Shown in pieces: positions 10,853 through 20,706 of a DNA stretch of 64,000 nt; positions within the stretch are counted from its first letter, which is position 1, and every line of letters starts with the position of its first letter. The notes below the pieces were generated by a model, which saw only the letters and a program-made list of their open reading frames with translations, made no database searches and was not told the origin of the DNA. Position numbers and translations under genes: made by a program. This DNA is from an uncultured Myxococcia bacterium (GTDB taxonomy: Bacteria > Myxococcota_A > UBA9042 > PHBI01). Where the stretch lies: assembly GCA_942493285.1 (NCBI GenBank), contig OW818691.1, forward strand, positions 1,234,321 through 1,298,320, written 5' to 3'.

Positions 10853-11773
10853 ATGAGCACACTAAAGACAAGATTCGACGGGCCAGACGGACAACGCCGA
10901 CTCATCGACGTGCTCCGGACACAACGCATCGTCGAGTACGACGAGGCCCTCGCGACCCTCCTCGCCGACAAAGGCGACTTGACGGAGTACGACGTCGGCG
11001 CGGCCATCGTCGTCCAAGATGAACCGGACAATGACGTCTTCTTCATTGTGGAAGGCCTAGTGGAGGTTGAAGTAAACGGCCAGGTTGTAGCGACCCGATG
11101 TGCTGGCGAGTGTATCGGCGAGATGGCAGCAATCGACCCTTCTGTTAGACGCTCGGCAACGGTTCGCGCGACCGAAGTCACTCTCGTTCTGAAGCTGACC
11201 GAACCGAACTTTCAGGCTGCGATTATCTCGGCGCCAAGCGTCTGGAAGAGGCTCGCACTCGTCTTGGCCGAACGTCTTCGGCAACGCGAGCGTTTTCACC
11301 GAGTGCCGAATCCAATTCCAATTCTGTTTGTCGGGAGTTCTGTTGAGGGCCTCCCCATCGCTAGCGAGATCGTCGAGGGTTTGAAGCATGATAATGTGAT
11401 CGCGCGCCAATGGTCCAACCCAGGGGTCTTCACCCCCGGGGGGATCTCAATCGATACCCTAGTCAAGGAGGTCGAGCTCGCAGACTTCGCTGCGATGGTC
11501 TTCGGGCCAGACGACCAGGTCGCCAGTCGCAAGGACTCATTCTTCGCCCCGCGGGACAATGTCGTCTTCGAACTGGGACTCTTCATGGGACGCCTAGACA
11601 GGAACCGGGCGCTCGTGATCAAGGAGCACGGTTCGGAGATCAAGATTCCCACGGACCTCCTCGGTGTGACTCCAATCACGTACGTTAAGAAGCCTGGCGC
11701 AGATCTGGCGACGACGATCTCGCCTGTTTGCAATGCGATTCGAAAACTGGTCAAGGAACTTGGGCGGAGGTAG
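10853..11773 (+). CDS. Pycsar-type effector: cNMP-binding domain fused to TIR-like (PF10137-type) domain
   Basis: N-terminal cyclic-nucleotide-binding signature (FFIVEGLVEV...GECIGEMA...RSATVRA); C-terminal PRDNVVFELGLFMGRLDRNRALVI...IPTDLLGV fits the TIR-like nucleotide-binding domain. Confidence 0.6.
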   Translation: MSTLKTRFDGPDGQRRLIDVLRTQRIVEYDEALATLLADKGDLTEYDVGAAIVVQDEPDNDVFFIVEGLVEVEVNGQVVATRCAGECIGEMAAIDPSVRRSATVRATEVTLVLKLTEPNFQAAIISAPSVWKRLALVLAERLRQRERFHRVPNPIPILFVGSSVEGLPIASEIVEGLKHDNVIARQWSNPGVFTPGGISIDTLVKEVELADFAAMVFGPDDQVASRKDSFFAPRDNVVFELGLFMGRLDRNRALVIKEHGSEIKIPTDLLGVTPITYVKKPGADLATTISPVCNAIRKLVKELGRR

Positions 11774-11775
11774 AG

Positions 11776-12468
11776 ATGGGAATTTCCGACGATCTCAAAT
11801 CAGAGGTTCAGAACATATTCAAGAGCACCTGGACGATTCGCGAGGGGAGGACGGTCCCCGCTCCGGAGGACCTAAAGCTGGCAAACGACGGTGTCCGGTT
11901 GGATGCCACAGTCCTTTACGCCGACATTGATGGCTCAACGGACATGGTCGATAAACTGAAACCGGAGGTCGCGGCTGAACTCTACAAGACCTATCTGCTA
12001 TGTGCGGCCCGCATCATCAGGTCGGAGGGTGGTGAGATCACGGCATACGATGGCGACCGAGTTATGGCCGTGTTCATTGGCGACTCGAAAAATAGCAGTG
12101 CGGCGAAATGCGCCCTCAAGATCAACTATGCCGTCACTCAAATCATAAACCCATCCTTCAAGGTCGCCTACCCAAGTTCGACCTTTGCCCTCAGGCAGGT
12201 TGTCGGAATTGACACCGGCTCCTTGCTGGTCGCCCGTACCGGGATACGGGGAGCAAACGACCTCGTTTGGGTAGGGCCCGCAGCGAATTACTCCGCCAAG
12301 CTCACAAGCAACAGCGAGCATCCGTTTGCGACATTCATCACGAAGGCCGTATACGACGCACTGAACCCTGAGACCAAGACTGCTAAGGGTGGACTGAACA
12401 TGTGGGAGGCGCGCGTGTGGAAGAGCAAAACCATCTATCGCAGCAGCTACTGGTGGGTGCTTCCCTAA
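11776..12468 (+). CDS. Class III nucleotidyl cyclase (PycC-like pyrimidine cyclase)
   Basis: Cyclase motifs VLYADIDGSTDM, EGGEITAYDGDRVMAVF, VGIDTGSLLV; ATG 11776 preceded by GGAGG; immediately downstream of the cNMP-binding effector. Confidence 0.6.
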   Translation: MGISDDLKSEVQNIFKSTWTIREGRTVPAPEDLKLANDGVRLDATVLYADIDGSTDMVDKLKPEVAAELYKTYLLCAARIIRSEGGEITAYDGDRVMAVFIGDSKNSSAAKCALKINYAVTQIINPSFKVAYPSSTFALRQVVGIDTGSLLVARTGIRGANDLVWVGPAANYSAKLTSNSEHPFATFITKAVYDALNPETKTAKGGLNMWEARVWKSKTIYRSSYWWVLP

Positions 12469-12671
12469 CAGACCACGATAGTTGGTCTGCCAGCGCGCGC
12501 CGAAATCCTTCGTAGACTGCTTATGCCTGATCGGCTCGCGCGTTATCAGGGCGCCCAAGGAGACGACATTGCGACCGCGGGTCGCCTGGTGGCCGATGTC
12601 ATCGGCGAATCTCCGAACGACGCTCAGTAGTCGCGATGATGCTCGGTCAGGCAAATCGGTACCTGATACCG

Positions 12672-12855
12672 ACCTACTCGATGCCTTGTACCGGCCTTCT
12701 GGATCCCCACCATCGACCAGCTCGATGGGCGATACCAAGCCACTCGATGGGTGGTGCCGAGCTACTCGATGGGTGGTACCGAGCTACTCGATGGGAGGTA
12801 CCGACGTACTCGATGGGCGGCACCGAGCTGCTCGATGGGCGTTACCGAAGTAGTC
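12672..12855. repeat. 22-bp tandem repeat (CTCGATGGGTGGTACCGAGCTA, ~9 units)
   Basis: Same family as 2031-2335; followed by the same ~180-bp conserved block before attC. Confidence 0.85.
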
Positions 12856-13030
12856 AGTCCGCTGGGCTCCCAGTCGCGACTGGCGAGGTTCGGATGCAAG
12901 CGACGGGCGCGCCGCTTCGAGCTACCCCAAGCCCCTCAGAACACCGCTAAACGCAGGGCCAAACCGCACGAATTTGACCACTGCGCAAAGCAGCGCAAGT
13001 TGTGCGTTGTACTGACGAACGGGGCCAGAC

Positions 13031-13122
13031 AACACGCGTATCGACCTGACACGGCCTAATCGCGATGGGGCCTATCAGCCCCATCGCGATTGATCGGCCG
13101 CGCAGGTCATACGCAGGACGTT
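13031..13122 (+). repeat. attC-like palindrome, copy 6 (aacacgcgtatcgacc variant)
   Basis: Conserved hairpin and GTT end. Confidence 0.9.
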
Positions 13123-13432
13123 GGCTGGCCCGTACCCTCAGCGCTGGGACGCACTCAGTAGGTGGACCACATCGCTACCCCTGCTCGTCCGCTCAGCGTG
13201 CCGTTGGCTGGCCCGAGCAAGTCACAGGTCGCTCCTCCCCCGCGCCGCCCCCATACGCCTTTTCCGCCGGAGCGCGGCTACGAATGCAACAGGCACTCGT
13301 ACCCCGTGGTGCCGGAGCGACATTGCAGTCCAAGACCCTACACGATTGCCGTTCGCGACGCCGGTTGGGTGAAGGCCGGTCCCTTTGCCGCGCTTCGCCC
13401 CGGTACTCCCACCGCTTGAAAGGGCAGCGCCC

Positions 13433-14521
13433 CTAACGGGTTGGCCGTTCTGGCCCCGGCTTGACTAGACGCAATGTCGGCCGAGCCGATGTTCGGAAAA
13501 TGGTCCGGAGCTCTTCACTAACCATGATCAACGCTGATGCTAAGTCGTCGTCGCTGTATCCCAGATCCTCCACGTGAACTCTCACCATCTCGGCGAGCAA
13601 CTGCCCCTTCTCCGGGGCCAAGGGAAACGGCTCGTTCTTTCGATATCCCATAGCGCTGATCCGTCGCCAGAGTCTTTCGCTATGATGCTTGGATACCTTT
13701 CCCAGACTCTGGGCCCGCATTAGGCAAGCCTGCGCCGAACAGCCCCATCTCCGCTTGAGGTGAAACAGATCGTCCAACAAGGGGTTTGTTGGAATTTCGG
13801 GCCTAATATCGTCGGCGGGCATAAGGAGTTCTTGTGCAAATCGATCGGCCTCATCTTCCTGATCTTTTGTAAGGTCGAGAAGGTTCGTGTGCATGACTAG
13901 GTGCCCCAATTCGTGGGCCATCGAGAAGCGAAGTCGGTCCGCAGGAGAGCGCGTGTTCAAGAATACATAAGGCGGCGACTCGTTCGCGCTAGCATGAACG
14001 TCGTCGGTACCGAAATCACACGCAATAATGACGATACCTTTGCCCTCTAGAAGCGCGGTAAGATCTGGAATCGGACCCCGAGGCATCTTCCAAACGCGCC
14101 TCAAGTCTCTAGCCACCTCCGAGGGATCCCGTTCTGAGGATTTGCCGATTCCATTGGCCACCGGTCGACGAGGTAGCGCCGGCTCAGGCATCTCTATTGC
14201 TCGAGAGAGCCGTTCCACTTGGCTTGCGCGAACGTCAAGCAGAGCCTTTAGTGTTCGAATCTCTCGAACACCAAGGCTCTGCTTCTTCCGCCAAAACGTA
14301 GTCGCAGCAGGCCGGACATCGTGCTGATAGAAGAACTCAATCGGATACTCCAGGGCCTGGGCCCACGCCTCAACGTGTTCACGCGTCGGATTGGTAATGC
14401 CATGCTCGGCGCGAGACACGGAACCCTGATTTGTTGCGCTCGAACTCGCGAGAGCGGCCTGCGTCATCCCCCTCGATTCCCGAGCAAGAATGAACGCCCA
14501 ATGGTTGAATTCAGGCGCCAT
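13433..14521 (-). CDS. XRE-family HTH fused to ImmA/IrrE-type zinc metallopeptidase
   Basis: N-terminal HTH (WAFILARESRGMTQAALA); HEXXH (MAHELGHLVMH). Confidence 0.55.
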   Translation of the reverse strand: MAPEFNHWAFILARESRGMTQAALASSSATNQGSVSRAEHGITNPTREHVEAWAQALEYPIEFFYQHDVRPAATTFWRKKQSLGVREIRTLKALLDVRASQVERLSRAIEMPEPALPRRPVANGIGKSSERDPSEVARDLRRVWKMPRGPIPDLTALLEGKGIVIIACDFGTDDVHASANESPPYVFLNTRSPADRLRFSMAHELGHLVMHTNLLDLTKDQEDEADRFAQELLMPADDIRPEIPTNPLLDDLFHLKRRWGCSAQACLMRAQSLGKVSKHHSERLWRRISAMGYRKNEPFPLAPEKGQLLAEMVRVHVEDLGYSDDDLASALIMVSEELRTIFRTSARPTLRLVKPGPERPTR

Positions 14522-14524
14522 GAC

Positions 14525-15184
14525 TTAGCCTTCGGACTTCTTCGACCCGGGCTTCGCATCTGCTTTCGGAGCGAGTCGCAGTTTCGGCTTCGAAGTTCCC
14601 TCCTCGGTCTTCCGCTCCACACCCGATTCCCGGGGGGCGAAATCAAGCGTCTGCTGCAATCCATCCGACAGGGTATACCTCCAGTGAGCTCTATCGAGTG
14701 CCCGCATATAGACAGCGAAAACGCCCGCCAACTCCACACCCTCGCTATCGACCTGATACCCCACCGTCACACGATTGCCCTGTGGGACATCTAGGCTGTC
14801 GAGAAGCGAGCCCTGCGAGTTGCTGTTATAGAAGGCCTGGGCGCGCTTTGTTGGGGTGCACCGTGGTAGGCCTTCTCGGTCGAGCAGTTTGAAATTCAGG
14901 TGTAAGCGGTCGTTCACGCGCAGGGTCCACATTCCTCTCCGTTCTCTCACCCGGTCGGGGAAGCGGTTCCGCATCAGCTGCACTATTAGGGCCTGAACAT
15001 TTGTGGCACGCACCTTTCGAGGAGGGCGCGAAGGGAAACGCGGTTCGACTTCCATCGTGTAGATCCGCCACGCTTCTCGAAACGCGTCGCGCACATCATC
15101 GAGGATGACCTCGGCTTCAGCCCTGAATTGGTCCACCGAATAGCTTATGCTCATCTGTCCGTGCCTCCGTTGCCCATTCCTGAA
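14525..15184 (-). CDS. Hypothetical protein co-transcribed with the HTH-ImmA gene
   Basis: Stop/start juxtaposed with downstream gene (14521/14525); start chosen at internal Met MSISYSV. Confidence 0.35.
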   Translation of the reverse strand, partial: FRNGQRRHGQMSISYSVDQFRAEAEVILDDVRDAFREAWRIYTMEVEPRFPSRPPRKVRATNVQALIVQLMRNRFPDRVRERRGMWTLRVNDRLHLNFKLLDREGLPRCTPTKRAQAFYNSNSQGSLLDSLDVPQGNRVTVGYQVDSEGVELAGVFAVYMRALDRAHWRYTLSDGLQQTLDFAPRESGVERKTEEGTSKPKLRLAPKADAKPGSKKSEG

Positions 15185-15517
15185 GCCAGGTTGGACTGCG
15201 CTCGGGGAAAAGTCAACGCGAAATATGCATGGTTCTATGCGAGCACCGCCACGCCTCTGGCGCTCCTCTTTTCGCAGTGGTCTTCCCAAGCTCGTGCTGG
15301 AGCTATGACGAGGCGCTCGCGCCGCGCGGCCTGATGCCAAGAGCCTCCGCGCACCACCCAACAGTCTTCGTTAGTCGCATGGTCTACCTCCGAAGTAATG
15401 CGCCTTCTGCCCACAACGCGCCAGGCGATGCAGGGAATTGCGTGGACATTCAATATCCTCGACGTCGCGAGCGGATGCCGGGTCGCTCGCGTGGCGCCGT
15501 CTCATCAGAAGTAGGCA

Positions 15518-15609
15518 GGCAAGCGCATACAACGGACACGGCCTAATCGCGATGGGGCCTATCAGCCCCATCGCGATTGATCGGCCGCGCCGCTGATGCG
15601 CAGGACGTT
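15518..15609 (+). repeat. attC-like palindrome, copy 7 (divergent left and right arms)
   Basis: aagcgcatacaacggacacgg ... ccgcgccgctgatgcgcaggacGTT; central hairpin intact. Confidence 0.85.
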
Positions 15610-15909
15610 GGCTGGCCCGTGCCCTCATCGCTGGGACGCACTCATCAGCCGACCACACACCCCAGCCACGTTTGCCGCTCAGCCTGCCGTTGGCTGCCCC
15701 AAGCCTCTCGCGTTGACGCCCTTCCAGTCGAATTCCCAGGCTTGCTGGTGGCCGTTCAAGCCGTTCCCACCGCTCCCGCGTACCCTCCTCATCCATCGGA
15801 CAACATCGAGTGCGCCGCGCACGAGAGCTATAGTGTCGGCGTCCCTTGTCACCCCCAAGCGACCCATGTTAGGCCCAGTGGCACCTAGCGACCAGCCGAG
15901 GAAGAGATC

Positions 15910-17241
15910 ATGCACGTGACGCCCAAAGAGTTTACGATCAAGAAGCTCGTTCAGAGCTTCAACGCAGGCTCACTCCTCCGCAACGATGAATATCAACGCG
16001 GCGAGGTCTGGACACGCTATCAGAAGGCCACGTTTGTCGACTCTGTCTTCCGAGGCTACCCTGTCCCGGCACTGTTCTTTCATCGAGTGGAAAGGCCAGG
16101 GCTCGATGACACTCCGGTTGCATCATATGAAATCATTGACGGACAGCAGCGCCTGACCGCACTCCGCGACTTCAGCGCCGGCAACCTTCAACTGCTCAAG
16201 ACAGAAGGAGAGCCACGTCTCCGACTTCCTAAGGGTGTTCGCTCAATTCCCGCTCCATGGGCAGGCAAGGCGTTCAATGAACTCGACGAGCACCTCCGTG
16301 CGCATTACGAAGATCGCACCGTTACGGTCTTCATCGTGGCACCTGACGCTCACCCTGACGAGATTCGGGATTTGTTCATACGTCTGCAGTCTGGTACCGC
16401 GCTTACTCGACAACAAGTTCGGGATGCCTGGCCGGGAAACGTCGGGCCCTTCATCGAAAAGCTTGCCGGTAAGCTCAAGATCAAACCATCTGTGAAACTC
16501 TTCCAGGTAGTGGACCAACGTGGCCAGGGCAGTGACGATGAGCTCAAGGACAATTACGTCGTCGATAGGCAGACATGCGCACAACTCCTCAAAATCTTCA
16601 CCGCTCGGGCTGCCGACCCATACGCCTTTCCTGCGGTATCAGCCAATCATCTGGATACCATGTATCACGAATACACCGATTTCGATCCGCGGGGAAAACT
16701 CGCCGAACACTTTCGAGAGCTGGTGGAAGGTGCGACTCGAGTCTTCGAGAGAGTTACCACGGAACTGATGGTTCACTCTGCGACCAAGCGGAAGTTCCGA
16801 CGACTCGACGTCACGGTGACCATGATGTACCTCCAGGACGCTTCGCGCGACCCGAATTTCAAGCTGGGCCAGACAACCTTTGCAGCGCTCGCGAAAAACA
16901 TAGCAAATTGTATCGTTACTCCTCCATCGAGGCTCTCGCCCAAGGGCAAGGGTACGTCCTCGTCGGCACTTAAGGACTACTATGCTTGGTGGCGCGATAA
17001 TGTGGCCTGTGGGGCGGGAGTCCGACTCGATGACAAGCGGCTATTTGATGAGCAAGACAAGAGCATCATTCGTGCCCGTGAGATGGGGCTGTGCGCTATT
17101 TGCGAGACAAGCGTAGACCGAGACGACGAGGAGTATGACCACTGGCCCGTACCACACCGGGACGGCGGACCCTCCATCCCCACGAATGGAAGACTCGTTC
17201 ACCGCCGTTGCCATCCACGCGGACGTCCGCTTGAGGATTAG
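15910..17241 (+). CDS. DUF262 (ParB-like) plus C-terminal HNH nuclease, GmrSD-like type IV restriction/defence protein
   Basis: DGQQRLTAL motif of DUF262; C-terminal CAICE...HWPVPHRDGG...HRRCH HNH-like Cys/His motif. Confidence 0.55.
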   Translation: MHVTPKEFTIKKLVQSFNAGSLLRNDEYQRGEVWTRYQKATFVDSVFRGYPVPALFFHRVERPGLDDTPVASYEIIDGQQRLTALRDFSAGNLQLLKTEGEPRLRLPKGVRSIPAPWAGKAFNELDEHLRAHYEDRTVTVFIVAPDAHPDEIRDLFIRLQSGTALTRQQVRDAWPGNVGPFIEKLAGKLKIKPSVKLFQVVDQRGQGSDDELKDNYVVDRQTCAQLLKIFTARAADPYAFPAVSANHLDTMYHEYTDFDPRGKLAEHFRELVEGATRVFERVTTELMVHSATKRKFRRLDVTVTMMYLQDASRDPNFKLGQTTFAALAKNIANCIVTPPSRLSPKGKGTSSSALKDYYAWWRDNVACGAGVRLDDKRLFDEQDKSIIRAREMGLCAICETSVDRDDEEYDHWPVPHRDGGPSIPTNGRLVHRRCHPRGRPLED

Positions 17242-17463
17242 GGCCGTATGGCAATACGCCGTCGACTCGACCCGCCACGCCGCCTTGAAGCCGACCACGA
17301 TCGTCGTTGGGGTGGACCGCTAATCCTCGGATCGCTCTGTTGCCCGTCGGCAAAGCACGACACGAGTCAAACCTGCTCGACCCACCTTCCGCGATTATGT
17401 TGCTGATAGTCTCAAACACCCTTCGTCCCATTGCAAACCAGCATAGCTAGGCCACTCGCGCTC

Positions 17464-18417
17464 TCACGAGACGATTCGTTGGGAGACGAGGAAGTCAGTT
17501 CGCATCCACTCGCCATCAATGCGGTGTGACTCTTCGACTTGGAGCCCATCATAGGTCTGATATTGGATTAAGATGCTTGCTTGGCCCCGACTTGGGAAAT
17601 GAATGCCGACTGAGTTCTGGAGCTCCATTCCGTCACGAATTTGCACAGGCCATTGGCCGACGTGGTCAACGACCACTCCCGTACCCGACGCCTTCAGATA
17701 CACGTTGAATGCCGGTGGACCGCCAAAATGCCCCACCCTAAGCTTGTACGAGCTCTGTTCTGGTCCCGCTTGTCCCCCCGTCCCGCGGAATTCCACGATG
17801 GGGCGAACGATCGGAAGGCGGCCCTCTTTCCGGAGCAAGGCTAGGGTAGCGGCCGCCGCTTCGCGTTTGATGTCGATTGCGATCCGACACTTGAGTTCGA
17901 CCGAATCACGGAATGGCCAGTACCAATTGCCGGCTGCCGGAGCTCCGTGCCGTTCGATAAAATCAAGAAGCTTCGTGTCGCCATTGCTGACCCACTTTAG
18001 CGGGGGAACTCCGACCCTGCCTTGCTTCGACCACTCTTTCCAAACAGAATGGTCCGCCGCCAGGCGGTCTCTGACATACACACGAGTGGGAATGTCATGG
18101 AGGCGCGCCGTCTCATACTCTAGCTCGGTGGCTGTTTTGCCAGGGTAGCCGTATGCCGATAGGTCGCTCCCGAAACGGCGCGACAGCACCACCAGGACCG
18201 TATCGCATTTTCTGACGTTGATTAGGCAGTTCTCGATCGAGTGATGATTGGGGGCGACATCGAACTCGGAATGCAATCGGTCAGACAGGACGGGAATCAC
18301 CCCGAGTTCTTTGAGGTAGACCTCCAGCTCGGCGCGCAGGTCGATCAAATCAAAGCAGGTGCTACTCACAAAGACCCGAAACTGCGAGCCGTTCGAACTT
18401 GTCGCGGCATCTGACAT
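17464..18417 (-). CDS. DUF4062-domain protein (defence-associated)
   Basis: N-terminal FRVFVSSTCFDLIDLRAEL typical of DUF4062; convergent with the DUF262 gene. Confidence 0.45.
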   Translation of the reverse strand: MSDAATSSNGSQFRVFVSSTCFDLIDLRAELEVYLKELGVIPVLSDRLHSEFDVAPNHHSIENCLINVRKCDTVLVVLSRRFGSDLSAYGYPGKTATELEYETARLHDIPTRVYVRDRLAADHSVWKEWSKQGRVGVPPLKWVSNGDTKLLDFIERHGAPAAGNWYWPFRDSVELKCRIAIDIKREAAAATLALLRKEGRLPIVRPIVEFRGTGGQAGPEQSSYKLRVGHFGGPPAFNVYLKASGTGVVVDHVGQWPVQIRDGMELQNSVGIHFPSRGQASILIQYQTYDGLQVEESHRIDGEWMRTDFLVSQRIVS

Positions 18418-19256
18418 CGTATGTCTCCCGGTCCTCGGTGGTGGCTCGATATCCATGTTGAGGAAACCAGATACCCTCCAGATTGTCAACCAGTGCTGAT
18501 CCGTAGGACGGGGCGGAGGCTAGATACCGGGCATTGCGAGTCCTGGTCGCTCCTGGGCCAACCTCTAGGGCGTCCCCGCCCCGATCTCCCCGAAGTCTCG
18601 CCAACCGAGAAGTCGGCTTCCACAAGCTCTCAGCTGTTCCGAGGTTGCCAGTTCTCTCATCCCGCATAGCGAGCCGACAACAGTCTGGGCCTCAAGGCAA
18701 ATGATTGGTAGTAGACTGAGGTTCCAAGCGCTCCCGAAGGCGTCAGGATTCGCGCAAGCCTTCCGGCTCGGACGGCCCGCCTTCGAGGACACTCGCGCGC
18801 CTCACGCACTCGGCCAAAGCCGGGCGAGAACTCTTGGACGGCTTCCGAATGCGACGAAAGCCAGCCGACAGAGCTCGGAAGACTGTTCTCCTGACGAAAG
18901 CATGCCATGGAGTCCTCGAACGCGGTTCCGAGCGACGCGAGCACGTCCCGTAGTCCTTGGACGTCACCTCAGAACCTCCGGGCGCCTCCACCCAAGTTCA
19001 CGCGGCCTGATCCCCGTATCCCGGCCGCGCATTTGTGCCACCTGTGCGTCTCGACGAGCTTCTGCACATCAGGTCACCGGTCTCGGGGACCAAAACGCCG
19101 ACGGCGACGGCACATGCTTTCTTCCCAGCCCACGAACCAGACACAAGACTCTCCCACCCGCAAGAATGACGAGCTCGAGCTTGCCATTCACGCTAGCCCG
19201 AGCTCTCGTGCTACCCCTTCGCTGCGTGACCGGCCGGGTATTTCGCGAGGCCAGCC

Positions 19257-19348
19257 AACAAGCGCATCGAACTGACGCGGCCTAATCGCGATGGGGCCTA
19301 TCAGCCCCATCGCGATTGATCGGCCGCGCAGCTCATGCGCAGGACGTT
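19257..19348 (+). repeat. attC-like palindrome, copy 8
   Basis: Full-consensus copy. Confidence 0.9.
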
Positions 19349-19665
19349 GGCTGGCCCGTACACCCCCAACCGGCCGGCGTCATCGCAACCGACCCTTCGT
19401 TCTGTGACTGCTTGTTCTCTCTTTCACCTCACCCTGTCCCACATCTATCCCGCGCCGAGACCGACTGACTCACCCCGAACTTGGCTCTTCGGTCGCGCTC
19501 CGACTACTCCACGCCCACGGTCGCCAGGAACCAGGCACACCATGCCAACTAGCCACAGCTCTCGCTCCGGAACCCTTCCATGTCATCAAATTTCTGCTAG
19601 AATCTCTTCGTTCGCCGATGCGGACCCGCCACCATAACGATGCTGTGCAATGAGGCGAGAGTACA

Positions 19666-20682
19666 ATGCGAACTATCATCGCGGGCTCGGGCAGCCACTT
19701 CCCACCCACCGTCATCGAGAATGCGGAGCTCGAGAGGCGCTTCGCGCTCACGCATCCGCATGTCACCGCCGAATGGATCGAGCGGAAGACAGGAATTCAG
19801 ACCCGACGCATCGCCCGTCCCGGCCACCCAGAGGACTTCAACAGCCGGCTCGCAGAAGTTGCCTCCCGCAGGGCACTCATGGATGCCGGCGTGTCCGCGA
19901 AAGACGTTGAGATGATCATCTTCGCAACTTGTACGCCTGACACAATCATTCCGTCCACGGCCTGCTGGCTGCAAGGAGCGTTAGGTGCTGACCGAGCTTG
20001 GGCGTTCGACCTAAATGCCGCCTGCTCGGGTTTTATCTACGGCATGGCCATCGCCGACCAAGCAATACGCTCGCATTCAGCCTCCACGATCCTGCTCGTG
20101 GGTGCAGAGGTCATGTCGGCGTTCACGGACTCTGCAAATCCGCAGACAGCGGTTGTTTTCGGAGACGGCGCTGGCGCCATAGTTCTCAAGGCCTCACCTG
20201 ACACTACGCCCAGCGACAGACCCCACGTAAGGCACGTGTCCGTCGGCGCAAGAGGAAACCAAGCCAACCTTTTCCAGATCCCCGCTGGCGGTTCTCGGAT
20301 TCCGACTCCAAGCACGGAATCGCCAAGGATGCACACCATGCATATGAATGGGCCCGCGATCAGGCAGGAGGCAGAATGCTCCATGGCAAGCATCGCGAGA
20401 GCGGCCCTCCAGGCAACAGACTTGGAGACATCTGACATAGACTGGATATTGCCTCATCAGGCAAACCTGCGCATCATCGAGGCCGTGACAGCTGAGCTCG
20501 GCCTTCCTTCAAGCAAGGTTCTAACGAATCTGGAACTATATGGCAATACCGCGGCTGCGACGATTCCGACGCTATTCGACCAATCGGTCGCACTGGGGAC
20601 ATTCTCGCCGGGACAGCGCCTCTTGCTTGTCGGCTTCGGTGCTGGACTTACTTTCGCGGCTGCCGTCCTCGAGTACCAATAG
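19666..20682 (+). CDS. 3-oxoacyl-ACP synthase III (FabH/KAS III)-like
   Basis: 338 aa; active-site context AACSGFIYGMAIA, thiolase fold length, C-terminal NLRIIEAV...GNTAAATIP. Confidence 0.7.
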   Translation: MRTIIAGSGSHFPPTVIENAELERRFALTHPHVTAEWIERKTGIQTRRIARPGHPEDFNSRLAEVASRRALMDAGVSAKDVEMIIFATCTPDTIIPSTACWLQGALGADRAWAFDLNAACSGFIYGMAIADQAIRSHSASTILLVGAEVMSAFTDSANPQTAVVFGDGAGAIVLKASPDTTPSDRPHVRHVSVGARGNQANLFQIPAGGSRIPTPSTESPRMHTMHMNGPAIRQEAECSMASIARAALQATDLETSDIDWILPHQANLRIIEAVTAELGLPSSKVLTNLELYGNTAAATIPTLFDQSVALGTFSPGQRLLLVGFGAGLTFAAAVLEYQ

Positions 20683-20706
20683 TCCTTCAGAAAGGGAAGT
20701 GGCACC

